Shown: positions 42,364-50,085 of the stretch, one piece after another
How the letters are laid out: each line of letters begins with the position of its first letter
Position numbering within the stretch: the stretch's first letter is position 1
Source of the DNA: an uncultured Oscillospiraceae bacterium
GTDB lineage: Bacteria > Bacillota > Clostridia > Oscillospirales > Oscillospiraceae
Assembly (NCBI GenBank): GCA_910579965.1
Contig: CAJTWF010000003.1
Location: 308 to 64,307 of the forward strand
Length of the DNA: 64,000 nt
Direction: 5' to 3'
The notes under the pieces: model-generated
Database searches by the model: none
Seen by the model: the letters and a program-made list of their open reading frames with translations, nothing else
Told to the model about the DNA's origin: nothing
Made by a program: the position numbers and the translations under genes

Positions 42364-42993
42364 CTACTGGAGGGAGGCGGCGATGGTCTCATAGATGTTG
42401 TCCGCCAGGGGGAGGGCGCGGTCCAGAACCGCCCGGCCGCGGGCCAGGGCCCGGTCCGCAAACGCCCGATCCCGCAGGCTCCCCACGTTGATGAGCACGT
42501 TCAGCCACGCGCCCTGTATCCCGGCCCGGAGGGACAGCGCCGCCACCCCCAGATCGCTGGCCGCGCTCTCGTTGCACCTGCCCAGGATGGACCCCGCCAG
42601 CTCCAGGGCCTCCCCTGCCAGCTCCATCCCCTCCAGGGGAACCTCCGTGCACAGCTCCAGGCCCCGCTGGATGGCCTGGGACCGGGCCGCCTTCTCCTCC
42701 TCGGTCCCCTTGGGCAGGGCAAAGGCGGCGCTGACGGTCAGAAACGCCTCCGTATCCCGGTCCATCACCTCCAGCAGACGGGGCCTCAGCGCCTCCGCCC
42801 GCTTCTGCACGTCCGCAATCAGCGCCTGATGGGCCGCGTATTTCTCCCGGCCCGCCGTCAGGGCGCAGACCATCGCCGTGAGGGCCGCGCCGAAGGCCCC
42901 CTCCAGGGCCGCAACGGACCCGCCGCCGGGGGCCGGCGCGTCGGAGGCCAGCAGGCCGGTGAATCCGGCCACCGTCTGTTCGCTCAGCTTCAT
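42364..42993 (-). CDS. formiminotetrahydrofolate cyclodeaminase (cyclodeaminase/cyclohydrolase family)
   Basis: 209 aa. ...LASDAPAPGGGSVAALEGAFGAALTAMV..., typical of the FTCD C-terminal domain family. Confidence 0.85.
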   Translation of the reverse strand: MKLSEQTVAGFTGLLASDAPAPGGGSVAALEGAFGAALTAMVCALTAGREKYAAHQALIADVQKRAEALRPRLLEVMDRDTEAFLTVSAAFALPKGTEEEKAARSQAIQRGLELCTEVPLEGMELAGEALELAGSILGRCNESAASDLGVAALSLRAGIQGAWLNVLINVGSLRDRAFADRALARGRAVLDRALPLADNIYETIAASLQ

Positions 42994-43005
42994 GGCCTCT
43001 CCCCC

Positions 43006-43917
43006 TTACTCCAGCCCGATCAGGTGGTACTCCATCACCTGCCGGCGGCAGTCGAAGTCCTCCAGCTTCAGGTAGTACTCCGCGCAGTCCAGCAGGGCCT
43101 TGCCCGGGGTCAGACCCACCAGCTCGCTGCCGATGATCCGCACGCCGTAGCGGTCCGCCAGGGCCCGGATCATCTCAAACACATAGTAGATGGGGGTGCC
43201 CTCGTAGTTGACCAGGTTCATGGACACCTGGGCGATGTTCCGGCCCTCCAGCATCACGCCGATGGCCTTGCAGTACTTGAATCCCCCGGAGGAGCAGCGG
43301 ATGGCCTTGGCAATCCTGCTGGCAATCTCCAGATCCGAGGTGTCCAGGTTCACGTTGTAGGCGATCAGAGGCATCCGGGCGCCCACGGCCACCACGCCGG
43401 CGGTGGGGTGAATCTTCCGCTCCCCGAAGTCCGGGGCCCACTCCGGCTTCAGCAGCTTCTCCGCCATGCCCTCGAACTGGCCCCGGCGCACGTCCGCCAG
43501 ATTGGCCCGGTCCGGGGAGGACGCGGAGTCCTCGTAGAGGAACACCGGCACCCCCAGCTCCTCCCAGATCCGCCTGCCCAGCTGGCGGCTCAGCTCCACG
43601 CACTCCTCCACCGTCACGTCCATGGCGGGGACAAAGGGGATCACATCCGTGGCCCCCATGCGGGGGTGCTGGCCCGTGTGCCTGGTCATGTCGATGGTCT
43701 CCGTGGCCTTCTTGGTCAGCTGGAAGGCCGCCTCCCCGATGCCGGCTGGGGAGCCCACCATGGTGAACACGCAGCGGTTATGGCTGCCGTCGGACTGCAC
43801 GTCCAGAACCGTGCAGCCGGGAATGCTGTTGGCCGTGTCCACCAGGGCCTGATAGACCTCCGGGTCCCGCTCCCGGCTGACGCTGAAGTTGGGAATGCAC
43901 TCAATGAGCTTTGCCAT
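43006..43917 (-). CDS. ftcD: glutamate formimidoyltransferase
   Basis: Start ATG 43917 (MAKLIECIPNFSVSR) after GGAGGAGAGAGAC. ...HPRMGATDVIPFVP... motif. Overlaps the hutI 3' end by 17 nt. Confidence 0.9.
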   Translation of the reverse strand: MAKLIECIPNFSVSRERDPEVYQALVDTANSIPGCTVLDVQSDGSHNRCVFTMVGSPAGIGEAAFQLTKKATETIDMTRHTGQHPRMGATDVIPFVPAMDVTVEECVELSRQLGRRIWEELGVPVFLYEDSASSPDRANLADVRRGQFEGMAEKLLKPEWAPDFGERKIHPTAGVVAVGARMPLIAYNVNLDTSDLEIASRIAKAIRCSSGGFKYCKAIGVMLEGRNIAQVSMNLVNYEGTPIYYVFEMIRALADRYGVRIIGSELVGLTPGKALLDCAEYYLKLEDFDCRRQVMEYHLIGLE

Positions 43918-45178
43918 GTCTCTCTCCTCCCGGGCCCACAAGGCCCTGCTCGTTTCTGTAAATTTTTCCGCCCTTGACCACCGCTCCGGCCAGATTGCTG
44001 CCCAGGCGGTAGCAGACATACTCCAGATCCGGCGCGTTCCACACCACCAGATCCCCCGCCTTCCCCGGCTCCACGGAGCCGGTCCGGTCCGCCCGGCCGA
44101 TGGCCGCGGCCCCGTTGAGGGTGGCGGCGGTGAGCACCTCCTCCGGGGTCATGCGGTACTTCAGGCACCCCAGGCTCATGGCCAGCTGCATGTTCAGGCA
44201 GGGACAGGAGCCGGGGTTGAAGTCCGTGGCCAGGGCCACGGGCACGCCGGCGGCAATCATATCCCGGGCCGGCGCGAAGGCCGCGCCCAGGTAGAAGCTG
44301 GTACACGGCAGCAGACAGGCCACCGTGCCCCCCCGGGCCATGGCCTCAATGCCCTCGGGCGGGCAGACGATCAGATGCTCCGCGGACACGGCCCCCAGCT
44401 CCCCCGCCAGCCGGGACCCGCCGATGGCGTCGATCTCGTCGGCGTGGATCTTGGCCGCCAGGCCGCAGCGCCGCCCCGCCTCCAGGATCGTCCGGGACTC
44501 CTCCGCCGTAAACACCCCGGTCTCGCAGAACACGTCGCAGAACTCCGCCAGTCCCTCCGCCGCCGCGGGGATCATCTCCTCGCACAGCAGCCGGATATAG
44601 GCCGTCCGGTCCGCCTTGTAGTCCTCCGGCAGGGCGTGGGCCCCCAGGAAGGTGGGGACCAGATCCACAGGATGGCTCTCGTTCAGGGCCCGGATGGCCC
44701 GCAGCTGCTTAAGCTCCGTGTCCAGGTCCAGGCCGTATCCGCTCTTGGCCTCGCATGTGGTGGTGCCGAAGGAGAGCATCTCGTCCAGGGCCAGCCGGGC
44801 CTTGTCCTCCAGCTCCCCCTGTCCGGCGGACCGGGTGGCCCGGACGGTGGACAGAATGCCGCCCCCCTGGGCCAGGATGTCCAGGTAGGGCACCCCCCGC
44901 AGCTTCATGGCCAGCTCGTTCTGCCGCCAGCCCCCGAAGATCAGGTGGGTGTGGGCGTCCACCAGACCCGGCGTGACCAGACGGCCCTCCGCGTCCAGCT
45001 CCTCCGCCCCGGCGGGGCGCTCCGGCGTCCCCGTGCCCACGGCGGCAATCACGCCGTCCTCCATGCGCACCCAGGCGTTTCGGAGGAACCTCACGTCCCC
45101 CTGGTCCGCGCCCCGGCGGGCGGTCCTGCCCGCCGGGGTGGCCAGAAGGCCGATATTTTTGATGAGTAAGGTGTCCAT
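43901..45178 (-). CDS. hutI: imidazolonepropionase
   Basis: 425 aa. GLVDAHTHLIFGG, ...KIHADE..., ...SAEHL... and DFNPGS motifs of HutI amidohydrolases. Confidence 0.93.
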   Translation of the reverse strand: MDTLLIKNIGLLATPAGRTARRGADQGDVRFLRNAWVRMEDGVIAAVGTGTPERPAGAEELDAEGRLVTPGLVDAHTHLIFGGWRQNELAMKLRGVPYLDILAQGGGILSTVRATRSAGQGELEDKARLALDEMLSFGTTTCEAKSGYGLDLDTELKQLRAIRALNESHPVDLVPTFLGAHALPEDYKADRTAYIRLLCEEMIPAAAEGLAEFCDVFCETGVFTAEESRTILEAGRRCGLAAKIHADEIDAIGGSRLAGELGAVSAEHLIVCPPEGIEAMARGGTVACLLPCTSFYLGAAFAPARDMIAAGVPVALATDFNPGSCPCLNMQLAMSLGCLKYRMTPEEVLTAATLNGAAAIGRADRTGSVEPGKAGDLVVWNAPDLEYVCYRLGSNLAGAVVKGGKIYRNEQGLVGPGGERHGKAH

Positions 45179-45187
45179 ACCGCCGCC

Positions 45188-47203
45188 CTACGCCTCCGCC
45201 AGGGCGCTGCGCACCACCTCGTCCTCCGCCAGATAGGGCAGCGTGATGTGGTCCTGACCCGCGTAGAGATGGTTGTACTCCGCGGCGGTCTGGAGGGCGT
45301 TGCCGTTTCTGGCCCAGGCCCGGCGGGATACGCCCACCATGGTGTCCCAGGGCATGGACATGCGCAGGATGGCGTCCACCCGCTCAGAGCCGTCCAGCAC
45401 CATGCCGAACCCGCCGTTCACCGCCCGGCCGATGCCCGTGCCGCCGCCGTTGTGGAGGGCAATGAGGCTCATGCCCCGGGCGGCGTTGCCGGCGTAGCAC
45501 TGCACCGCCATGTCCGCCATGATGTTGGACCCGTCCTTGATGTTGCTGGTCTCCCGGAAGGGGGAGTCAGTGCCGCCGGTGTCGTGGTGATCCCGGCCCA
45601 GCATCACAGGGCCGATCTCCCCGCTGCGCACCATCTCGTTGAACTTCAGGGCGATGTTCATCCGGCCCATGGCGTCCTGGTAGAGGATGCGGCACTGGGT
45701 GCCCACCACCAGCTTGTTCTTCTTCGCGTCCCGGACCCAGACGTAGTTGTCGTAGTCCTGGTAGCGCCGGTTGTGGGCGAGGATGTACTCCGCCGCCGCC
45801 GCGTCGGTCCGGTCCAGATCCTCGCTCTTCCCGGACAGGCAGCACCAGCGGAAGGGGCCGTAGCCGAAGTCGAAGAGGCAGGGACCCAGAATGTCCTCCA
45901 CGTAGGAGGGGAACACAAAGCCGTCCAGATCGTTCTCCCCGTTCCTGCACACGGCGGTGACCCCGGCGTCAAAGACCGCCTTGAGGAAGCTGTTGCCGTA
46001 GTCGAAGAAGTAGGTGTTCCGGTCGTGGAACTTGCAGATCATCTCGTAGTGGCGGCGCAGGGTCTTGTCCACCAGGGCCCGGAACTTGTCCGGGTCCTTG
46101 TCCAGCATCTCCGTGCGCTCCTGGAAGGTGAGGCCCTGGGGGCAGTAGCCGCCGTCGTAGGGCACGTGGCAGGAGGTCTGATCGCTCATGAGGTCCACGT
46201 GGACGTTCTTCTCGTAGAGGTACTCCAGCAGGTCCACCACGTTGCCCTCGTAGGCAATGGCGCAGGGGGTCCTGTCCGCCAGATGCTTCCGGGCCAGCTC
46301 CAGGGCCCGGTCCAGGCTGTCCGTGCGCTCGCTGACCCAGCCCTGGGTGTACCGGGTTTCGATGCGGGAGGCGTCCACCTCCGCGATGATGGACACGGCC
46401 CCGGCAATCTCGGCGGCCTTGCCCTGGGCGCCGCTCATGCCGCCCAGACCGGCGGAGACGAACAGCCGCCCCGCCAGATTGCCGTCCTCGCTGATGCCCA
46501 GCTTCAGCCGCCCGGCGTTGAGCAGGGTGTTGAAGGTGCCGTGGACAATGCCCTGGGGCCCGATGTACATCCAGCCGCCGGCGGTCATCTGGCCGTAGTT
46601 GGCCACGCCCAGGGCGGCGGCCCGGTTGAAGTTCTTCTGATCGTCAAAGCTGCCCACCATCAGGCCGTTGGTGATGATGCACCGGGGGGCCAGCTTGTGG
46701 GAGTGGAAGAGGCCCAGGGGGTGGCCCGACATGACCACCAGGGTCTGCTCGTCGGTCATCACCTCCAGATACTTCTTGATGAGCCGGTACTGCATCCAGT
46801 TCTGGCACACCTGGCCGGTCTCGCCGTAGGTCACCAGCTCGTAGGGGTAAAGGGCCACGTCAAAGTCCAGGTTGTTGTCGATCATCACCTGGAAGGCCCG
46901 GGCCTCCACGCACTGGCCCTTGTACTCGTCAATGCTCTTGCCGCAGAGCCGCCCCTCGGGCCGGAAGCGGTAGCCGTAGATGCGGCCGTGCTCCCGGAGC
47001 TCCTGGGCGAACTCCCTGGCCATCTGGGCGTGGTGCTGGGGCGGGATATAGCGCAGGGCGTTGCGGATGGCCAGAGCCTTGTCCGCCTCGGTGAGGTGGG
47101 CCTCCCGGCGGGGGGCCCGGCGGCAGCCGGGGACAAAGGCCGGATAGGCGGGCAGCTCGTCGTCCAGCCGGATGGTCATGGCGGCGCTGGGATTGTATTC
47201 CAT
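45188..47203 (-). CDS. hutU: urocanate hydratase
   Basis: Start ATG 47203 (MEYNPSAAMTIRLDD) with AAGGAGG upstream. Long form (671 aa) with GGMSGAQ NAD-binding motif, ...NYGQMTAGGWMYIGPQGIVHGT.... Confidence 0.93.
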   Translation of the reverse strand: MEYNPSAAMTIRLDDELPAYPAFVPGCRRAPRREAHLTEADKALAIRNALRYIPPQHHAQMAREFAQELREHGRIYGYRFRPEGRLCGKSIDEYKGQCVEARAFQVMIDNNLDFDVALYPYELVTYGETGQVCQNWMQYRLIKKYLEVMTDEQTLVVMSGHPLGLFHSHKLAPRCIITNGLMVGSFDDQKNFNRAAALGVANYGQMTAGGWMYIGPQGIVHGTFNTLLNAGRLKLGISEDGNLAGRLFVSAGLGGMSGAQGKAAEIAGAVSIIAEVDASRIETRYTQGWVSERTDSLDRALELARKHLADRTPCAIAYEGNVVDLLEYLYEKNVHVDLMSDQTSCHVPYDGGYCPQGLTFQERTEMLDKDPDKFRALVDKTLRRHYEMICKFHDRNTYFFDYGNSFLKAVFDAGVTAVCRNGENDLDGFVFPSYVEDILGPCLFDFGYGPFRWCCLSGKSEDLDRTDAAAAEYILAHNRRYQDYDNYVWVRDAKKNKLVVGTQCRILYQDAMGRMNIALKFNEMVRSGEIGPVMLGRDHHDTGGTDSPFRETSNIKDGSNIMADMAVQCYAGNAARGMSLIALHNGGGTGIGRAVNGGFGMVLDGSERVDAILRMSMPWDTMVGVSRRAWARNGNALQTAAEYNHLYAGQDHITLPYLAEDEVVRSALAEA

Positions 47204-47230
47204 AGGAAAGACCTCCTTGTTTTTTGTAAA

Positions 47231-47357
47231 CATACTTTTTCTTGAAAGAAAAAGTATCAAAAAGAACTTCAAAAGGATATTTGGGGGCTGCCGGCAGTCC
47301 AAACAAGCACATCTAAAATTTTCTTTTGATTCTTTTCTTTTATAAAAGAAAAGAATG
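47231..47357. repeat. nested-palindrome intergenic repeat, copy A (between hutH and hutU)
   Basis: A/T hairpin TACTTTTTCTT-GA-AAGAAAAAGTA (47233-47256), then core ...GGGCTGCCGGCAG..., then A/T hairpin TTCTTTTCTTTTA/TAAAAGAAAAGAA (47330-47355). Same architecture and recognisably similar sequence to 54417-54597. Confidence 0.75.
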
Positions 47358-47366
47358 ATTACTTAT

Positions 47367-48932
47367 TTATTCGAACTCCGGCGCGATCTCCTGGACAATG
47401 TCCAGCAGCTCCCCGCTGCGGACCATGGCCTCCACGGCCTGGATGTCCGGCCACAGCTCCCGGTCCACCTCCATGAAGGCCACCTTCTCCCGCACGCGGC
47501 GGAACACCGCCTCCCCCGCCGGGGACAGGCCTGTGCCCCAGCGGCCGATCTGGCGGCGGATGTCAATGGCCTGGCAGGCGGTGAGCAGCTCATAGGCCAG
47601 CACGGACCGGGTGTTCTCCAGGATGGTCCCCGCCTTCCGGGCGGCGGTGGTGCCCATGGACACAAAGTCCTCCTGGTTGGCCGAGGAGGGGATGGAGTCC
47701 ACGCAGGCCGGATGGGCCAGAACCTTGTTCTCCGAGGCCATGGAGGCCGCCGTGTACTGGACGATCATGAAGCCGCTGTTCACGCCGCCCTCGGTGGTGA
47801 GGAAGCGGGTCAGGCCGTTGGAGAGGGAGGCGTTGACCATGCGCTCAATCCGCCGCTCGGAGATGCTGGCCAGCTCCGCGCAGGCGATGCCCAGAAAGTC
47901 AAAGGGCAGGGCCATGGGCTCGCCGTGGAAGTTGCCGCCGGAGATGACCGCCTCGTCCTCGCAGAAGAGGAGGGGGTTGTCGGTGACGGCGTTGAGCTCG
48001 ATGTCCACCCGGCTCTTGATGTACCCCAGCGCGTCCCGGACCGCCCCGTGGACCTGGGGGATGCACCGCAGGGCGTAGGCGTCCTGAACCCGGTCCCCCT
48101 GGCAGCGCTCCAGAATCTCGCAGCCCTCGGTGAGCAGGCGCATGTTCCTCGCCACCTGGATCTGGCCCACCTGTCCCCGGGCGGTGTGCATCCGCTCCTG
48201 GTAGGCGTCCAGCTGGCCGGTGAGGGCGGTGAGGGTCAGGGAGCTGATCAGATCCGCCAGGCGGGCGGCCTGGAGGGTGTCATAGAGGTGCAGGGCCCCC
48301 ACGCTGGTCATGGCGCAGGTGCCGTTGGTGACGCCCAGGCCCTCCTTGCAAACCAGGGTGTCCAGCACGGCGATGCCGGCCCGCTCCATGGCCTCCCGGC
48401 CCGGCAGCCGCTCCCCGCCGTAGAAGGCCTCCCCCCTGCCCAGCAGCACCAGCCCCATGTGGGACAGGGGCGCCAGATCCCCGGAGGCCCCCAGGGACCC
48501 CTTCTGGGGGATCACCGGGGTCACGTCCCGGTTGAGCATGTCCACCAGCATCTCCACCAGCACCGGCCGCACGCCGCTCAGGCCCACGCACAGCGCGTTG
48601 GCCCGCAGGGCCATCATGCCCCGCACCTGCTCCCGGCTGTAGGGCTCGCCGGTGCCGGTGCAGTGGCTGAGAATCAGGTTGGTGGACAGCTGGCTGGACA
48701 GCTCGTCCGACACGGCCACCGTGGCGAAGTCGCCAAAGCCGGTGGTGATGCCGTAGGCCACCCGCTTCTCCCCGGCGATCTTCTCCGCCAGGGCCCGGGA
48801 GCGGGCCATGGCCTCCCGGGCCTCGCCGGACAGCTCCACCCTGGCGCCGAACCGGGCGATGGCCACCAGGGCCTCCAGGGTCAGGCTGTGGCCGTCCAAA
48901 ACCACCTGCTTGATTTCCTTGGGTTGTTCCAT
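47367..48932 (-). CDS. hutH: histidine ammonia-lyase
   Basis: Start ATG 48932 (MEQPKEIKQVVLDGHSLTLEAL) after GAGGAGGAACATCT. MIO-forming GSLGASGDLAPLSH motif. Confidence 0.95.
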   Translation of the reverse strand: MEQPKEIKQVVLDGHSLTLEALVAIARFGARVELSGEAREAMARSRALAEKIAGEKRVAYGITTGFGDFATVAVSDELSSQLSTNLILSHCTGTGEPYSREQVRGMMALRANALCVGLSGVRPVLVEMLVDMLNRDVTPVIPQKGSLGASGDLAPLSHMGLVLLGRGEAFYGGERLPGREAMERAGIAVLDTLVCKEGLGVTNGTCAMTSVGALHLYDTLQAARLADLISSLTLTALTGQLDAYQERMHTARGQVGQIQVARNMRLLTEGCEILERCQGDRVQDAYALRCIPQVHGAVRDALGYIKSRVDIELNAVTDNPLLFCEDEAVISGGNFHGEPMALPFDFLGIACAELASISERRIERMVNASLSNGLTRFLTTEGGVNSGFMIVQYTAASMASENKVLAHPACVDSIPSSANQEDFVSMGTTAARKAGTILENTRSVLAYELLTACQAIDIRRQIGRWGTGLSPAGEAVFRRVREKVAFMEVDRELWPDIQAVEAMVRSGELLDIVQEIAPEFE

Positions 48933-48972
48933 AGATGTTCCTCCTCTGTTTGCTGCAAGATCACTGTGCCCT

Positions 48973-49001
48973 ATTGTACTACATTCTTTTTCTGTTTTCA
49001 A
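48973..49001 (-). promoter_or_regulatory. candidate hut operon promoter
   Basis: Minus strand: TTGAAA, 17 nt, TACAAT, about 40 nt upstream of the hutH start. An 8-nt inverted repeat GTAATTCG-N11-CGAATTAC lies just upstream (49046-49072). Confidence 0.5.
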
Positions 49002-49091
49002 TAATTATTTCACAGCTTTCCTCTGCTAATTTGTGCATCATTGCTGTAATTCGGTAGTGCGGTAACGAATTACCGGTTTAGCGCACTGCTG

Positions 49092-49140
49092 TGAAAAAAC
49101 GCAAAGCAAGAGACAGGAGGCGTCCCGATGGACGCCTCCT
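49092..49140 (-). terminator. terminator-like hairpin after the small P-loop-like gene
   Basis: AGGAGGCGTCC-CGAT-GGACGCCTCCT. On the minus strand a TTTTTT run follows about 15 nt downstream. Confidence 0.45.
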
Positions 49141-49181
49141 CTGAAAGCACTGCTATTCTGTTGTCCGGGGCCGGACAGGGG

Positions 49182-49592
49182 TTACATATATTTCCGCATG
49201 GTGTCGGTGGCGGTCTCCGGATTGGCGCTGACGGTAACGGTGACCTTCAGATTGATGGGATTAGCAAAGGAATCCAGCCAATTAAGGAACGCGTCGACAT
49301 CTTGTTCGTTGTTGTTGTGGGCCACCTTGCAGAGGTTGTCGATGAAGATGTGGGAGATGTCGTAGTTGCCGGCGTAGAGACCGCACAGGAAGCCCCGCAG
49401 CGCCTCAAAGCTGCCGATCGCGAACTCGGACGCGTCGATCATGCGGGTCTGGTGGCGCAGGTTGAAGCTCATGCTCCGCTTCGCCTCAATGCAGACCATG
49501 CAGCCCACATTGGACTCCGCCGCGCCCTCCATCAGCTCAATGAGCTGCTTGGTCTTGCCCTCGCCGGAACCGCTCATGATTAGTCTGACCAT
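49182..49592 (-). CDS. small (136 aa) P-loop NTPase-like hypothetical protein
   Basis: MVRLIMSGSGEGKTKQLIE (Walker-A-like G-x-G-x-GKT) and SHIFIDN (Walker-B-like hhhhD). Visibly lower G+C than its neighbours. RBS-like AAGGAGTGA upstream. Confidence 0.55.
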   Translation of the reverse strand: MVRLIMSGSGEGKTKQLIELMEGAAESNVGCMVCIEAKRSMSFNLRHQTRMIDASEFAIGSFEALRGFLCGLYAGNYDISHIFIDNLCKVAHNNNEQDVDAFLNWLDSFANPINLKVTVTVSANPETATDTMRKYM

Positions 49593-49719
49593 ATGAAATC
49601 ACTCCTTATCTGTAGTTAGAGCCCTTGATGTCTATAGAATAGCACAAATATGGAAAAAACACAACGGGGAAAAAGAGTTTTTATAAAAAATTCATTTTCT
49701 CCCCCGCCGGGGAAACAGA

Positions 49720-49751
49720 AAGGCCCCCGCTCCCGACGGAGAGAGGGCCTT
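49720..49751 (-). terminator. weak terminator-like hairpin after the ferredoxin gene
   Basis: AAGGCCC ... GGGCCTT stem enclosing CTCC-CGAC-GGAG, followed on the minus strand by a T-containing stretch (TTCTGTTTCC). Confidence 0.35.
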
Positions 49752-49764
49752 CCTATGTACCCGC

Positions 49765-49935
49765 TTACTCAGCGACAATCGCTTCGGTGGGGCAGTTGGC
49801 CGCGCAGGCGCCGCAGTCCACGCAGGCGTCGGCGTCAATGACGTACTGGGTATCGCCCTGAGAAATGGCCTCGACGGGGCAGTTCTCAGCACAGCTGCCG
49901 CAGCTGACGCAGGCATCCGTGATCTTGTGTGCCAT
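49765..49935 (-). CDS. fdx: 2x[4Fe-4S] clostridial-type ferredoxin (56 aa)
   Basis: MAHKITDACVSCGSCAENCP...CVDCGACAANCP. Start ATG 49935 after GGGAGG. Confidence 0.88.
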   Translation of the reverse strand: MAHKITDACVSCGSCAENCPVEAISQGDTQYVIDADACVDCGACAANCPTEAIVAE

Positions 49936-50085
49936 AATGTATAACCTCCCTATAGAATGGTACCTACATTGTACCATGAAGTTTCAAAAATGCAAGGGTA
50001 AAATCTCCCCTCCGGGGAAGAAATGTGTAAAACCACGGTCCACGGGAATACTGTTACAGGAAAAATCAACGAGGATGGTGGGAGC

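Noticed and set aside
49936-50085. CtsR operator or heat-shock CIRCE element upstream of clpC
   Set aside because: I found no GGTCAAA direct repeat or TTAGCACTC-N9-GAGTGCTAA-like element. The only symmetric element present is the short inverted repeat ATGGTAC-N7-GTACCAT (49957-49977), which is too short to call.
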